Shown here: positions 18,174 through 30,970 of the stretch, one piece after another
Numbering within the stretch: position 1 is the first letter of the stretch
How the letters are laid out: every line of letters starts with the position of its first letter
From: Thermaceae bacterium
GTDB taxonomy: Bacteria; Deinococcota; Deinococci; Deinococcales; Marinithermaceae
Direction: 5' to 3'
NCBI GenBank assembly: GCA_027023345.1
Contig: JALVVO010000151.1
Coordinates: 1-39,713 of the forward strand
DNA length: 39,713 nucleotides
Position numbers and translations under genes: made by a program
Notes under the pieces: generated by a model
What the model was told of the DNA's origin: nothing
Seen by the model: only the letters and a program-made list of their open reading frames with translations
Databases searched by the model: none

Positions 18174-19910
18174 ATGCTGGAAGGAGTCATTCAAAAGATC
18201 GCGGGCCCGGCGGTGATCGCCAAGGGGATGCACGGGGCCCGCATGTTCGACATCGTCAAGGTGGGGAAGGAGGGGCTCCTCGGCGAGATCATCCGGCTCG
18301 ACGGCGACACCGCCTTCGTCCAGGTCTACGAGGACACCTCCGGCCTGCAGGTGGGCGAGCCGGTGGTGAGCCTCGGGGTGCCGCTCTCGGTCGAGCTCGG
18401 GCCGGGGATGCTCAACGCCATCTACGACGGCATCCAGCGCCCCCTGGACAAGATCCAGGCGACCGCCGGCGAGTTCATCGCCCGCGGGATCTTCGTGCCC
18501 GCCTTGGACCGGGAGAAGAAGTGGGCCTGGACGCCGGCGAAGAAGCCTGGCGACGAGGTGACCGGGGGCGACGTGCTCGGCACCGTCCCCGAGTTCCAGT
18601 TCACCCACAAGATCCTGGTGCCGCCCGGGGTCACCGGCAGGATCAAGGAGATCAAGCCGGAGGGCGAGTACACCGTCGAGGAGGTCGTCGCCGTTCTGGA
18701 GGACGGGACCGAGCTCAAGATGTACCACACCTGGCCGGTGCGGAAGGCCCGCCCGGTGCAGAAGAAGCTCGACCCCGACGAGCCCTTCCTCACCGGGATG
18801 CGGATCCTCGACGTCCTCTTTCCGCTGGCCATGGGCGGGACGGCGGCGATTCCGGGGCCCTTCGGCTCGGGGAAGACGGTGACCCAGCAGTCCCTGGCCA
18901 AGTGGTCGAACGCCGACATCGTGGTCTACATCGGTTGCGGCGAGCGCGGGAACGAGATGACCGACGTGCTCGTCGAGTTCCCTGAGCTCGAGGACCCGAA
19001 GACCGGCGGCCCGCTGATGCACCGCACGGTGCTGATCGCGAACACCTCGAACATGCCGGTGGCCGCCCGCGAGGCCAGCATCTACGTGGGCGTGACCATC
19101 GCCGAGTACTTCCGCGACCAGGGCTACGCGGTGGCGCTCATGGCCGACTCGACGAGCCGCTGGGCCGAGGCGCTCCGCGAGATCAGCTCCCGGCTCGAGG
19201 AGATGCCCGCCGAGGAGGGCTACCCGCCCTACCTCGCCGCCCGCCTCGCCGCCTTCTACGAGCGGGCCGGCCGCACCGTGAGCCTCGCCGGCGAGCCCGG
19301 GGCGATCTCGATCGTGGGCGCGGTGAGCCCGCCCGGCGGCGACATGTCCGAGCCGGTCACCCAGTCCACCCTCCGGATCGTCGGCGCCTTCTGGCGGCTC
19401 GACGCCTCGCTCGCCTACCGGCGGCACTTCCCGGCGATCAACTGGAACGGCTCCTACTCGCTCTTCACCCCGATCCTCGACCCCTGGTACCGTAGTCACG
19501 TCGCCGAGGACTACCCGGAAAAGCGCGACGCGATCAGCGAGCTCCTGCAGCGCGAGGCGAGCCTCCAGGAGGTGGTGCAGCTCGTCGGTCCCGACGCCCT
19601 TCAGGACGCCGAGCGGCTGGTCATCGAGGTCGGGCGCCTGATCCGCGAGGCCTTCCTGCAGCAGAACGCCTTCGACCCGGTGGACGCCTACTGCTCGCTC
19701 AAGAAGGCCTACGGCATGATGACCATGATCCTGGACCTCTACCGCGCCGCGGAGGCGGCGATCCAGGCGGGCACCCCGATCGAGGAGGTCATCGGGCATC
19801 CGGTGTTTGAGAAGATCGCCCGGGCCCGCTACGTACCCGAGGACGAGTTCCCCGCCTACCTCGAGGGCGTCCTCGGGGAGATCCGGGAGGCCTTCAAGGC
19901 CACCGCCTAA
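18174..19910 (+). CDS. atpA: V/A-type ATP synthase catalytic subunit A
   Basis: 578 aa. Walker [10 protein letters not shown], the non-homologous insert typical of A subunits, and [15 protein letters not shown]. The length leaves no room for an intein. Confidence 0.97.
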   Translation: MLEGVIQKIAGPAVIAKGMHGARMFDIVKVGKEGLLGEIIRLDGDTAFVQVYEDTSGLQVGEPVVSLGVPLSVELGPGMLNAIYDGIQRPLDKIQATAGEFIARGIFVPALDREKKWAWTPAKKPGDEVTGGDVLGTVPEFQFTHKILVPPGVTGRIKEIKPEGEYTVEEVVAVLEDGTELKMYHTWPVRKARPVQKKLDPDEPFLTGMRILDVLFPLAMGGTAAIPGPFGSGKTVTQQSLAKWSNADIVVYIGCGERGNEMTDVLVEFPELEDPKTGGPLMHRTVLIANTSNMPVAAREASIYVGVTIAEYFRDQGYAVALMADSTSRWAEALREISSRLEEMPAEEGYPPYLAARLAAFYERAGRTVSLAGEPGAISIVGAVSPPGGDMSEPVTQSTLRIVGAFWRLDASLAYRRHFPAINWNGSYSLFTPILDPWYRSHVAEDYPEKRDAISELLQREASLQEVVQLVGPDALQDAERLVIEVGRLIREAFLQQNAFDPVDAYCSLKKAYGMMTMILDLYRAAEAAIQAGTPIEEVIGHPVFEKIARARYVPEDEFPAYLEGVLGEIREAFKATA

Positions 19911-19919
19911 GGAGGGAGC

Positions 19920-21329
<1,410 letters not shown>

Positions 21330-21344
21330 CCGAAGGGAGGAGCC

Positions 21345-21959
21345 GTGGAGCAGATCAGCCCCACCCGCATGACCCTTCTCCAAAAGCGGAACCAGAAGAA
21401 GCTGGCGGAGAAGGGGGCGGACCTCCTCAAGAAGAAGCGGGACGCGCTGGTGGCCGAGTTCTTCGAGCTGGTCGCCGGCACCGTCGCCGCCCGGGAGCGC
21501 CTCACCCAGGCGGCGAAGGAGGCCTACCTCGCGCTCTTTCTGGCCAAGGCCTTCGACGGTCCCGAGGAGGTGGAGGCGCTCGCCCTCGGCGTCGCCCCGG
21601 TGGAAGGCGTCGAGGCCGAGGTGGAGAACGTCTGGGGCACCAAGGTCCCCCGCCTCCGGGTCGCCTGGCCGGGGCGGGCGGCGGCCAGCCCGATCGCCAC
21701 CGGGGGGCAGACCCTCGCCGCCCAGCGGGCCTTCCGAGAGTTCGCCGAGGCCCTGGTCGAGGTGGCCAATACCGAGACCCGGCTCCGGATGATCGGCGAG
21801 GAGATCAAGAAGACGACGAGGCGGGTGAACGCCCTGGAGCAGGTGGTGATCCCCGGGCTCGAGGCCCAGGTGCGCTACATCCGCATGGTGCTCGAGCAGC
21901 GCGAACGGGAGGATAACTTCCGCCTGAAAAAGATCAAGAGCAAGATGGAATCCCGCTAG
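21345..21959 (+). CDS. atpD: V/A-type ATP synthase central-stalk subunit D
   Basis: GTG after GGGAGGAG. 204 aa. SPTRMTLLQ..., KKKRDALVAEF and TTRRVNALEQVVIPG match the remembered Thermus subunit D. Confidence 0.9.
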   Translation: MEQISPTRMTLLQKRNQKKLAEKGADLLKKKRDALVAEFFELVAGTVAARERLTQAAKEAYLALFLAKAFDGPEEVEALALGVAPVEGVEAEVENVWGTKVPRLRVAWPGRAAASPIATGGQTLAAQRAFREFAEALVEVANTETRLRMIGEEIKKTTRRVNALEQVVIPGLEAQVRYIRMVLEQREREDNFRLKKIKSKMESR

Positions 21960-21971
21960 GGCGAACCGAGA

Positions 21972-21999
21972 GGGGCCGGGGCCAAAAGGCCCCGGCCCC
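21972..21999. terminator. Bidirectional hairpin terminator between atpD and the convergent dipeptidase gene
   Basis: A perfect 12-bp stem GGGGCCGGGGCC/GGCCCCGGCCCC with an AAAA loop. The last stem base overlaps the stop codon of the minus-strand gene. Confidence 0.55.
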
Positions 22000-22994
22000 T
22001 AGCTTTCGGGCAGCGCGCGGAAGAGCCAGCGGAGCCAGTTTTCCCCGAGCACCCCGGGGGCGTGGGGGCCGAGGAGGGGCGCGAGGGCCGGCCAGTCCTT
22101 GTGGGAGCGAATGCCGGCGGGTAGGCTCTCGGCCCCGAAGCCCCCGTCCATGTCCGAGCCGATGCCCACCGCCTCCCAGCCGAGGATCCCGGCCACCGCC
22201 TCGAGGTGCTCGAGAACCCGCTCCAAGGGCGGGGCGGGCTTTTCGCGGTCCCACGCGGGGTCCAAAAAGCGGTTATAGAGCACGATCCCCACCACCGCGC
22301 CCCGGCCCGCTAGGGCCTCGAGTTGCGCCCGGGAGAGGTGGCGGTTGGCAGGCCCCCCGGCCAGGGGGCGAAAGTTCGCGTGGGAGACGAGCACCGGCCC
22401 GGAGAATGCCGAGAGCGCCTCGAAGTAGGCGGCCTCGGAGAGGTGGGCGAGGTCGAGGGCGACCCTGGCCTCGGCCATGGCGGCGAGGAGTTCGCGGCCG
22501 GCGGGGGAGAGCCCGGCCCGGCCGCCGGTGCCGCCGGCGTAGCGGGTGTCCTTCCAGGCGGGCCCGAGGAGGCGGACCCCCGCCTGGGCCCAGAAGGCCA
22601 CCTCCTCCGGGCGGCGGACCGGTTCGGCCCCCTCCATGAGCAGCACGAGCCCGGGAATCCGGTCCGCTTCCCAGGCCTCGAGGTGCCGCCTGAGCTCCCC
22701 TCGGCTTCCGATCAGCCGCACCCGCCCCTCGTCCCGCCAGCGGCGGTAGCGGTCGAGCTGGGCGAGCGCCGCCCGATGGGCGAGCTCGGGGCTGGGGTAG
22801 CGCTCGGGGTCCACGAAGAGGGTGGCGAAGGCGACGGCGACCCCGGCGGCGGCGAGTTCGGGGAGGCTGACGCTCGGCCGGTAGGGGCGCCGCTCCCGCG
22901 CCCGGAGCGCGGGGAGGGGCAGGGTCAGGTCCCAGCCGAACTCGATGGCGTTGTAGGCGAGGTCCAGATGGGCGTCGACGAGGGGGGTTTCCAC
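21999..22994 (-). CDS. Membrane (renal-type) dipeptidase family M19 protein
   Basis: 331 aa, GTG start. VDAHLDL (HxD), LLMEGAEP, LDLAHLSE, VLVSHANFR and GIGSDMDGGF follow the M19 metal-ligand pattern. Confidence 0.7.
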   Translation of the reverse strand: METPLVDAHLDLAYNAIEFGWDLTLPLPALRARERRPYRPSVSLPELAAAGVAVAFATLFVDPERYPSPELAHRAALAQLDRYRRWRDEGRVRLIGSRGELRRHLEAWEADRIPGLVLLMEGAEPVRRPEEVAFWAQAGVRLLGPAWKDTRYAGGTGGRAGLSPAGRELLAAMAEARVALDLAHLSEAAYFEALSAFSGPVLVSHANFRPLAGGPANRHLSRAQLEALAGRGAVVGIVLYNRFLDPAWDREKPAPPLERVLEHLEAVAGILGWEAVGIGSDMDGGFGAESLPAGIRSHKDWPALAPLLGPHAPGVLGENWLRWLFRALPES

Positions 22995-23004
22995 GCCCCA
23001 AAGC

Positions 23005-23892
23005 CTACCGCGCCAGGCGAACCAGCAGGGCGAGGAGGCGGGCCTCGGGGTCGGCCCCGGTCTTGATCGCGAGCTCGGCTTCGACGAGGGCCTCGAGGGC
23101 GCGCTCCACCCGGGCCGCCCCCAGGCGTCGGTAGGCGGCGAGCAGGCGGCGGGCGGAGAAGGGCGCGACGCCGAGCGCCCGCGCCACCTCCTCCTCGCTC
23201 GGCTTCGGTCGCTCCTCGAGCAGAAAGCCGAGCTCGACGAGCCGGGCGTAGTGCCAGGAAAGGGCGCCCATGACCTTGAGCGGCGGCTCCCCCCGGGCCA
23301 GGAGGTCCCGGGCGATTGCCAGGGCCTCGCCGGGCTCGCGGCGGGCCAGGGGGTCGAGGAGGTCGAAGGCGCTCGCGGCCGCCGGCCAGCCGAGCAGCGG
23401 CCGCACCCGCTCCGGCGTGATCGGCGGGGGCAGGAGGGCGAGCTTCTCCACCTCGCGCACGAGCCCCTCGGTGTCGGCCTCGCTCTCGGCGAGGAGGTGG
23501 ACGACCGCCGCCGGCGCCTTTACCCCCCGGGCCTTGAGGAGGTTTTGCACGAAGACGGTGCGCTCGCGGAAGCGCGGGGTGGGGGAGTGCCGGACCTCGC
23601 CGCGGTTTTTGTAAAAGCGGGTGCGACCGGAGGGGGCCCGGGGGTCGTAGAGCAGGAGGTCGGGACCCTCCGCGGCCCGGTCCAAAGGGTCCTTGAGCGC
23701 CTTCCAGCCGGACTCGTCGAGCTCGGAGAGGTCGAGGATCCCTCCCTCCTCGCCGAAGAGGCCGGGCTGGGCGAGGGCGGCGACGGCTTCCGGGCTGGCC
23801 GGAATCAGGCGCGGGGGCACCCCCCGAAGCCGGGCCTCCTTCAGGGCCGCCTGCCGGGCGAGGTAGGGGTCGCCGGTGAACGCGATCAGCAT
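23005..23892 (-). CDS. holA: DNA polymerase III delta subunit
   Basis: 295 aa. Its size, helical C-terminal domains and N-terminus (MLIAFTGDPYLARQA) resemble Thermus HolA. There is no catalytic motif to anchor the call. Confidence 0.65.
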   Translation of the reverse strand: MLIAFTGDPYLARQAALKEARLRGVPPRLIPASPEAVAALAQPGLFGEEGGILDLSELDESGWKALKDPLDRAAEGPDLLLYDPRAPSGRTRFYKNRGEVRHSPTPRFRERTVFVQNLLKARGVKAPAAVVHLLAESEADTEGLVREVEKLALLPPPITPERVRPLLGWPAAASAFDLLDPLARREPGEALAIARDLLARGEPPLKVMGALSWHYARLVELGFLLEERPKPSEEEVARALGVAPFSARRLLAAYRRLGAARVERALEALVEAELAIKTGADPEARLLALLVRLAR

Positions 23893-23918
23893 CGCCTCAG
23901 GCTATAAGATAGGCCGGG

Positions 23919-25642
<1,724 letters not shown>

Positions 25643-25646
<4 letters not shown>

Positions 25647-26191
25647 CCGGAGAGCCGGGCCATGAAGGCGCGGAAGAGCTGGGGATGGTCGGGCCAGGCC
25701 CGGGCGGTGTAGAGGTTGTTGTCCACCACCACGGGCTCGTCGAGGAAGGTGGCCCCGGCGAGCTCGACGTCGGGCTTCAGAGCGGGGTAGGCGGTCACCT
25801 TCCGCCCTCTTAGCACCCCGGCCGCGGCCAGGATCAGCGCCGCGTGGCAGATCCCGCCCACCGGCTTATTCGTCTCGAAGAAGTGGCGCACGATCGCGAG
25901 CGCTCCCGGCTCGTTCCGGATCCACTCCGGCGCCCGGCCGCCGGGCAGGTAGAGGGCGTCGAACTCCGCCGGGTTGACCTCGCCGAAGGCGGCGTCTGCC
26001 TCCACCCGGTAGCCGGGCTTTTCGGTGTAGGTGCCGAACCCCGGCTCGAAGTCATGGACCACGGTCTTGACCACGCCTTTCTTGGGCGCGGCCACGGCGA
26101 CCTCGAACCCGGCCTCGAGGAAGCGCTGCAACGGGTACATCACCTCGAGCGACTCGCCGGCGTCCCCGGTCAGGATCAGGACCCTTTTCAT
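25643..26191 (-). CDS. DJ-1/PfpI family protein (intracellular protease/deglycase type)
   Basis: 182 aa. Nucleophile elbow GGICHAALILAAAG and N-terminal KRVLILTGDAGESLEV. Confidence 0.85.
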
Positions 26192-26239
26192 CTTTCCCCC
26201 CTTTCCCTCCAGTTTAGGACGGGGCCGGGGGACCGGGGG

Positions 26240-27397
26240 TTAGAAGGCGGCCATGCCGGTGATCTCCCGCCCCAGGATCAGGGTGTGGATGTCGTGGGTC
26301 CCCTCGTAGGTGTAGACCGTCTCCAGGTTCAGCATGTGGCGGATCGCGTGGTACTCGAGGGTGATCCCGTTCGCCCCCAGGATGTCCCGGGCCATGCGGG
26401 CGGACTGGAGGGCGGCGTAGGTGTTGTCCCTTTTCGCCAGCGAGACTTGGGTGTGGTGGAGCTTGCCCTCGTCCTTGAGCCGGGCGAGCCGCCAGACGAG
26501 AAGGAGGCCCTTGGTGTGCTCGGCGAGCATCCAGGCGAGCTTCTCCTGGACGAGCTGCTTCTTTGCGATGGGCTCGCCGAAGGTCTTGCGGGAGAGGGCG
26601 AAGTCGCGGGCCTCGGCGTAGACCGCCTCCAGCGCCCCGAGCACCCCCCAGGCGATGCCGTAGCGGGCCTGGGTGAGGCAGGAAAGGGGCGGCTTTAGCC
26701 CCTCGGCCTTCGGCAGTCGGAGGTCGTCGGGGACGCGGACGTCCTCGAGCACGAGCTCGGAGGTGACGCTCGCCCGGAGGCTCATCTTCGACTTGATCTC
26801 CGGCGCCGAGAACCCCGGGGTGTCGGTGGGCACGATGAAGCCCCGGACCACCCCCTCTTCGTCCTTGGCCCAGACGATGGCGAGGTCGGCGATGGTGCCA
26901 CTCGTGATCCACATCTTGGTGCCGTTCAGGACCCAGTGGTCGCCGTCTTTCCTCGCCCGGGTCTTCATGTTGCCGCCCGGGTCGCTTCCGCCGTCCGGCT
27001 CGGTGAGGCCGAAGGCGCCGACCATCTCCCCGGAGGCGAGCTTGGGCAGGAACGCTTGCTTTTGCTCCTCGGAGCCGTAGGCGTAGATCGGGTACATCAC
27101 CAGCCCGCCCTGGACGCTCGCGAAGCTCCTGAGCCCCGAGTCCACGCGCTCGAGCTCGTACATGATCAGCCCGTAGGCGGCGTTCGAGACCCCGGCGGCC
27201 CCGTATTCCTCCGGCAGGTTCGCGCCCAAAAACCCCATCTCGCCGAACTTTTTAATCAGGTGGGTGGGAAAGGTGCCGGCCTCCCACCACTCGCGGATCT
27301 GGGGCAGGGCCTCGGCCTCGAGGAACTTCCGGGCGGCTCGCTGAATCTCGCGCTCTTCCTCGGTGAAGAGTTCTTGGACCCGGTAAAAGTCCAGCAT
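26240..27397 (-). CDS. Acyl-CoA dehydrogenase, glutaryl-CoA dehydrogenase-like
   Basis: GLTEPDGGSDP, WITSG and the C-terminal TYEGTHDIHTLILGREITG are present. I prefer ATG 27397 (MLDFYRV, as in the remembered T. thermophilus homolog). The track's TTG at 27439 is the alternative start. Confidence 0.85.
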   Translation of the reverse strand: MLDFYRVQELFTEEEREIQRAARKFLEAEALPQIREWWEAGTFPTHLIKKFGEMGFLGANLPEEYGAAGVSNAAYGLIMYELERVDSGLRSFASVQGGLVMYPIYAYGSEEQKQAFLPKLASGEMVGAFGLTEPDGGSDPGGNMKTRARKDGDHWVLNGTKMWITSGTIADLAIVWAKDEEGVVRGFIVPTDTPGFSAPEIKSKMSLRASVTSELVLEDVRVPDDLRLPKAEGLKPPLSCLTQARYGIAWGVLGALEAVYAEARDFALSRKTFGEPIAKKQLVQEKLAWMLAEHTKGLLLVWRLARLKDEGKLHHTQVSLAKRDNTYAALQSARMARDILGANGITLEYHAIRHMLNLETVYTYEGTHDIHTLILGREITGMAAF

Positions 27398-27403
27398 GCC
27401 CGT

Positions 27404-27409
27404 ACTATA
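27404..27409 (-). promoter_or_regulatory. -10-like TATAGT 6 nt upstream of the acyl-CoA dehydrogenase ATG (possible leaderless start)
   Basis: The minus strand reads TATAGT-ACGGGC-ATG. No Shine-Dalgarno sequence and no convincing -35. Confidence 0.35.
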
Positions 27410-27432
27410 TTGCGTTTTTCCGTCGGCGACCT

Positions 27433-27462
27433 TTGACAAGGCAAGGCCGGCCCCCTTAGCAT
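27433..27462 (+). promoter_or_regulatory. Sigma-A-type promoter for the TAXI-TRAP operon
   Basis: TTGACA (27433-27438), 18-nt spacer, TAGCAT (27457-27462). RBS GAGGAGG at 27480. Confidence 0.4.
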
Positions 27463-27496
27463 GGGCCCGTAAGGTATCCGAGGAGGTGAGTCCGCG

Positions 27497-28468
27497 TTGA
27501 AGAAGCTCCCGGTATTCCTGCTCGTCCTAGGTCTGGTGACCGGCATGGCGGCGGCCAAGACCGTCCGCATCTCGATCGCGACCGGCGGCACCGGCGGGGT
27601 CTACTACCCGCTCGGCGGCGGCATGGCCAAGGTCTGGAGCGCGTACGTCCCCGGCGTCGAGGCCAGCGCCGAGGTCACCGGCGCCTCGGTGGAGAACGTG
27701 CGCCTGGTGGTCTCGGGCAAGGCGCAGGTGGCGCTCGGGACGAGCGGCGTCGTGGTCACCGCCTACAAGGGCGAGGGCAAGTTCAAGAAGTTCGGCCCTC
27801 AGCCGATCCTGGCCATCGGGGCCATGTACCCGAACGCCTGGCAGTTCGTCACCGTAGCCGAGACCGGTATTAAGAAGATCCCCGACATCAAGGGCAAGCG
27901 CGTCTCCACCGGCGCCCCCGGCTCGGGCACCGCGGTGATGACCCGGGCGATCCTGAAGACCCTCGGCTACGAGCCGGGCAAGGACTTCAAGGAGTTCCGC
28001 CTCTCCTTCGCCGAGCAGGTGGCCGCGCTCAAGGACGGCACCATTGACGTGGGCTCCTGGTCGGTGGGCCTCGGCCCGGGCTCCCTGATCGACCTCTCCA
28101 CCACCCGCAAGATGGTGCTCATCTGCATGGACAAGGAGGAGCAGGCCAAGGTCTCCGCCGCCCACCCCTATTACAAGCCCTTCACCATTCCCGCCGGCAC
28201 CTACAAGGGCGTGGACGCGGACTGCCTGACCGTGGGCACCCCGAACGTCCTCTTCGTGCACAAGGACATGGACGAGGAGCTCGTCTACCAGCTCACCAAG
28301 GCGCTCTTTGAGCACAAGGATGAGCTCGAGAAGATCCACCCTGCGGCCAAGACGATCAGCCCCGAGTACGTCCTGCAGGCGACCCTGATCCCGCTTCACC
28401 CCGGCGCCATCCGCTACTACGAGGAAGCGGGCTACCAGGTCCCCGACGCGCTCAAGCCCAAGAAGTAA
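27497..28468 (+). CDS. TRAP transporter solute-binding protein, TAXI family
   Basis: TTG start 7 nt after GAGGAGGTGA. Signal peptide MKKLPVFLLVLGLVTGMAAA. TAXI signature IATGGTGGVYYPLGGG. Confidence 0.85.
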   Translation: MKKLPVFLLVLGLVTGMAAAKTVRISIATGGTGGVYYPLGGGMAKVWSAYVPGVEASAEVTGASVENVRLVVSGKAQVALGTSGVVVTAYKGEGKFKKFGPQPILAIGAMYPNAWQFVTVAETGIKKIPDIKGKRVSTGAPGSGTAVMTRAILKTLGYEPGKDFKEFRLSFAEQVAALKDGTIDVGSWSVGLGPGSLIDLSTTRKMVLICMDKEEQAKVSAAHPYYKPFTIPAGTYKGVDADCLTVGTPNVLFVHKDMDEELVYQLTKALFEHKDELEKIHPAAKTISPEYVLQATLIPLHPGAIRYYEEAGYQVPDALKPKK

Positions 28469-28471
28469 CCG

Positions 28472-28966
28472 ATGAAGCGGCCCACCCTCGCCTTCCTTCC
28501 GCTGGGGGTGGGCCTTTTCCTGCTCTCCTTGCCGGTCCCCGGGATGCGCCTTTCGGTGGACGGACGCCCCGTTGTCTGGCTGCCCCTTTCCGCGGGGGAG
28601 CGGCTCGAGCTCACCTGGGTCCACTCGGTCTCGGGGATCCGGGTCCGGGAGGTCTTCCGCTACCAAAACGGGACGCTCTTTTTCACCGAGACCCATAACC
28701 CCTGGTTCGCCGCCGGGCTCGGCGAGGTCCCCGGCCGGGGGCGGGTGGTGGCCGAGGCCGGCCACGCGGTGGCGATCGTGGGTATCGACGAGCCGGCCTG
28801 GGGCATGGTCTTCCGCCTCGGCGCCCCCTCGGTGGACCATACCCTTTGGTACCGGGGGCGGCCGCTTAGGCTTTCCCGTTGCTACCCCCACGCGCGGCTC
28901 GCCTGGAGCCCCGAGCGCCGCCCCTGGTTGCTCGCCCGGTTTCTCGCGAAGGATCCCTGCCTATGA
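28472..28966 (+). CDS. DUF1850 domain protein (TAXI-TRAP associated accessory protein)
   Basis: 164 aa with an N-terminal TM segment. WVHSVSGIRVREVF...LFFTETHNPWFAAGLG matches the remembered DUF1850 core. It lies between the TAXI SBP and the fused permease, the usual location. Confidence 0.65.
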   Translation: MKRPTLAFLPLGVGLFLLSLPVPGMRLSVDGRPVVWLPLSAGERLELTWVHSVSGIRVREVFRYQNGTLFFTETHNPWFAAGLGEVPGRGRVVAEAGHAVAIVGIDEPAWGMVFRLGAPSVDHTLWYRGRPLRLSRCYPHARLAWSPERRPWLLARFLAKDPCL

Positions 28967-30957
28967 TCGCGCGCCTTGTCGCCCTCATCGCCTGGTTCTT
29001 CGTCGCCTTCCAGGTCTACACCGCGGGCTACGCCCCCATGACCGCGATCTTCCAGCGGTCCATCCACCTGGGCTTCGTGCTCTTGCTCCTCTTCTTGACC
29101 GTCCCCGTCTCCAAGCGCTTTCCCCCCTGGCTTCGCTGGCTCCTCGACGGGGTCTTGATCGCCGCCACCCTCGTCGTCGTCGGCTACCTCTACACCAACT
29201 ACGACGCGATCATGGACCGCTTCGGCTGGTGGGAGCCGACCGACGTCTGGCTCGGCGCGCTGACCACGCTGCTCGTGCTCGAGGCCACCCGGCGGGCGAT
29301 CGGCTGGCCGATGACCTTGATCGCCGCCTTCTTCCTCGCCTACGCCTACTTTGGCCCCTACTTCCCGGGGGTCTTCGCCCACAAGGGCTACGGTTTCGAG
29401 CGCCTGTTCACCCAGCTCTACCTCACCACCGAGGGGATCTTCGGCCTGCCGCTCGGGGTCGCGGCCACCTTCGTCTTCATCTTCATCCTCTTCGGCGCGC
29501 TTTTGGAGGCGACCGGGGCGGGGAAGTTCTTCATTGACCTGGCCTACGCCTTGGCCGGGCAGAGCCGGGGGGGGCCGGCCAAGGCGAGCGTGATCAGCTC
29601 CGCCTTCATGGGCAGCCTTTCGGGCTCGGCGATCGCCAACGTGGTGACCACCGGCGCCTTCACCATCCCGCTGATGCGCCGGCTCGGCTACCGCCCGGAG
29701 GAGGCCGCCGGGGTCGAGGCCGCCGCCAGCACCGGGGGGCAGATCATGCCGCCGATCATGGGGGCGGGGGCCTTCCTGATCGCCGAGTACACCGGGGTGC
29801 CCTACCTGGAGATCGTCAAGCTCTCGGTGATCCCGGCGATCCTCTACTTCCTCACCGTCTACCTCTTCGTGGACGCGATCGCCGCCAAGCGGGGGATGCG
29901 GGGGCTCCCCCGGAGCGAGCTGCCCCGGCTGGCTTCGGTGCTCGCCGAGGGCTGGCACTACCTGCTGCCGCTCTTCGTCCTGATCTTCTACCTCCTCAAG
30001 AACGTCTCGGCGATGAAGGTGGGCTTCATCGGGGTGCTCGCGGTGGTGCTCTCGGCCAACCTCCGGGCCCGGCCGGGACCGGCCTGGCTTCGGGCGCTCC
30101 ACTACGCCTACCACCTCTTCATGCTGGGGTTCTTGCTCTACGTCGGCCTGCAGAGCCGCCAGGGGATCACCCTGACCCAGTTTTATGCCCTGGTGGGGGG
30201 CACCCTCCTCACGGCCCTCTCGCCGCTTTCCCCCCTGTCGCTCCCCCGCCTCGCCGACGCCCTGGTCCAGGGGGCGAAGGCGGCGATCCCCGTCTCGGTG
30301 GCTACCGCCGCCGCCGGCATCGTCGTCGGGGTGGTGGGGCTCACCGGGGTGGGGCTCAAGTTCTCGGGCCTGGTCCTCTCGGCCTCGGGCGGCGTCACCC
30401 TGGTGGCCCTGGTGCTGGTGGCGGTCGCCAGCCTGGTGCTCGGCATGGGCCTGCCGGTGACGGCAAGCTACATCGTGCTCGTCATCCTCGCCGGGCCCGC
30501 CCTCGCCGACCTCGGGGTGCCGCTCATCATCGCCCACCTCGTGGTCTTTTGGCTGAGCCAGGACTCGAACGTGACGCCCCCGGTGGCGCTCGCCGCCTAC
30601 GCGGCCAGCGGCCTCGCCCAGGCCGACCCCATGCGCTCGGGCTTCATGGCCTGGAAGTTCGCGAAGGGGCTCTACCTGATCCCGCTTTTGATGGTCTACC
30701 GGCCGGGGGTGATGCTCGAGGGGGGCGCGGCCCTGGTAGCCAAGGATCTCCTCCTCGGGCTCTTGGCCCTCGCCGCCTTCGTGGGGGCGCTCGAGGGCTT
30801 CCTCTTTCGGCCCCTCGCCCCCGGGGCCCGGCTCGCCCTCTTGCTGGGCGGGGTGCTCGTTTTCTTCCCCGGGTTCGGGCTCGAGCTCCTGGGGGCCGGG
30901 CTCGTCCTCGCCGCCCTCCTCTGGGCGCGACTGACTCGCCGGTCAGTTTCGGGGTAG
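28963..30957 (+). CDS. TRAP transporter fused small/large (4TM-12TM) permease
   Basis: Trimmed to ATG 28963, which overlaps the DUF1850 stop (ATGA). About 664 aa, polytopic. Motifs SAFMGSLSGSAIANVVTTG and GGQIMPPIMGAGAF. Confidence 0.85.
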   Translation: MIARLVALIAWFFVAFQVYTAGYAPMTAIFQRSIHLGFVLLLLFLTVPVSKRFPPWLRWLLDGVLIAATLVVVGYLYTNYDAIMDRFGWWEPTDVWLGALTTLLVLEATRRAIGWPMTLIAAFFLAYAYFGPYFPGVFAHKGYGFERLFTQLYLTTEGIFGLPLGVAATFVFIFILFGALLEATGAGKFFIDLAYALAGQSRGGPAKASVISSAFMGSLSGSAIANVVTTGAFTIPLMRRLGYRPEEAAGVEAAASTGGQIMPPIMGAGAFLIAEYTGVPYLEIVKLSVIPAILYFLTVYLFVDAIAAKRGMRGLPRSELPRLASVLAEGWHYLLPLFVLIFYLLKNVSAMKVGFIGVLAVVLSANLRARPGPAWLRALHYAYHLFMLGFLLYVGLQSRQGITLTQFYALVGGTLLTALSPLSPLSLPRLADALVQGAKAAIPVSVATAAAGIVVGVVGLTGVGLKFSGLVLSASGGVTLVALVLVAVASLVLGMGLPVTASYIVLVILAGPALADLGVPLIIAHLVVFWLSQDSNVTPPVALAAYAASGLAQADPMRSGFMAWKFAKGLYLIPLLMVYRPGVMLEGGAALVAKDLLLGLLALAAFVGALEGFLFRPLAPGARLALLLGGVLVFFPGFGLELLGAGLVLAALLWARLTRRSVSG

Positions 30958-30969
30958 ACTGACCGGCGG
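30936..30969 (+). promoter_or_regulatory. 12-bp RNA/DNA hairpin spanning the TRAP permease stop codon and ending 1 nt before the MFS start codon
   Basis: TCGCCGGTCAGT (30936-30947) pairs with ACTGACCGGCGG (30958-30969) through 11 Watson-Crick pairs plus 1 GU. The loop TTCGGGGTAG contains the stop TAG. Confidence 0.4.
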
Positions 30970-30970
30970 C

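Noticed and set aside
18174-19910. A possible intein in V-ATPase subunit A (known in some archaeal/eukaryotic A subunits)
   Set aside because: The protein is 578 aa with a contiguous P-loop region ([12 protein letters not shown]). There is no insertion and no Cys/Ser-...-HN splice-junction block.
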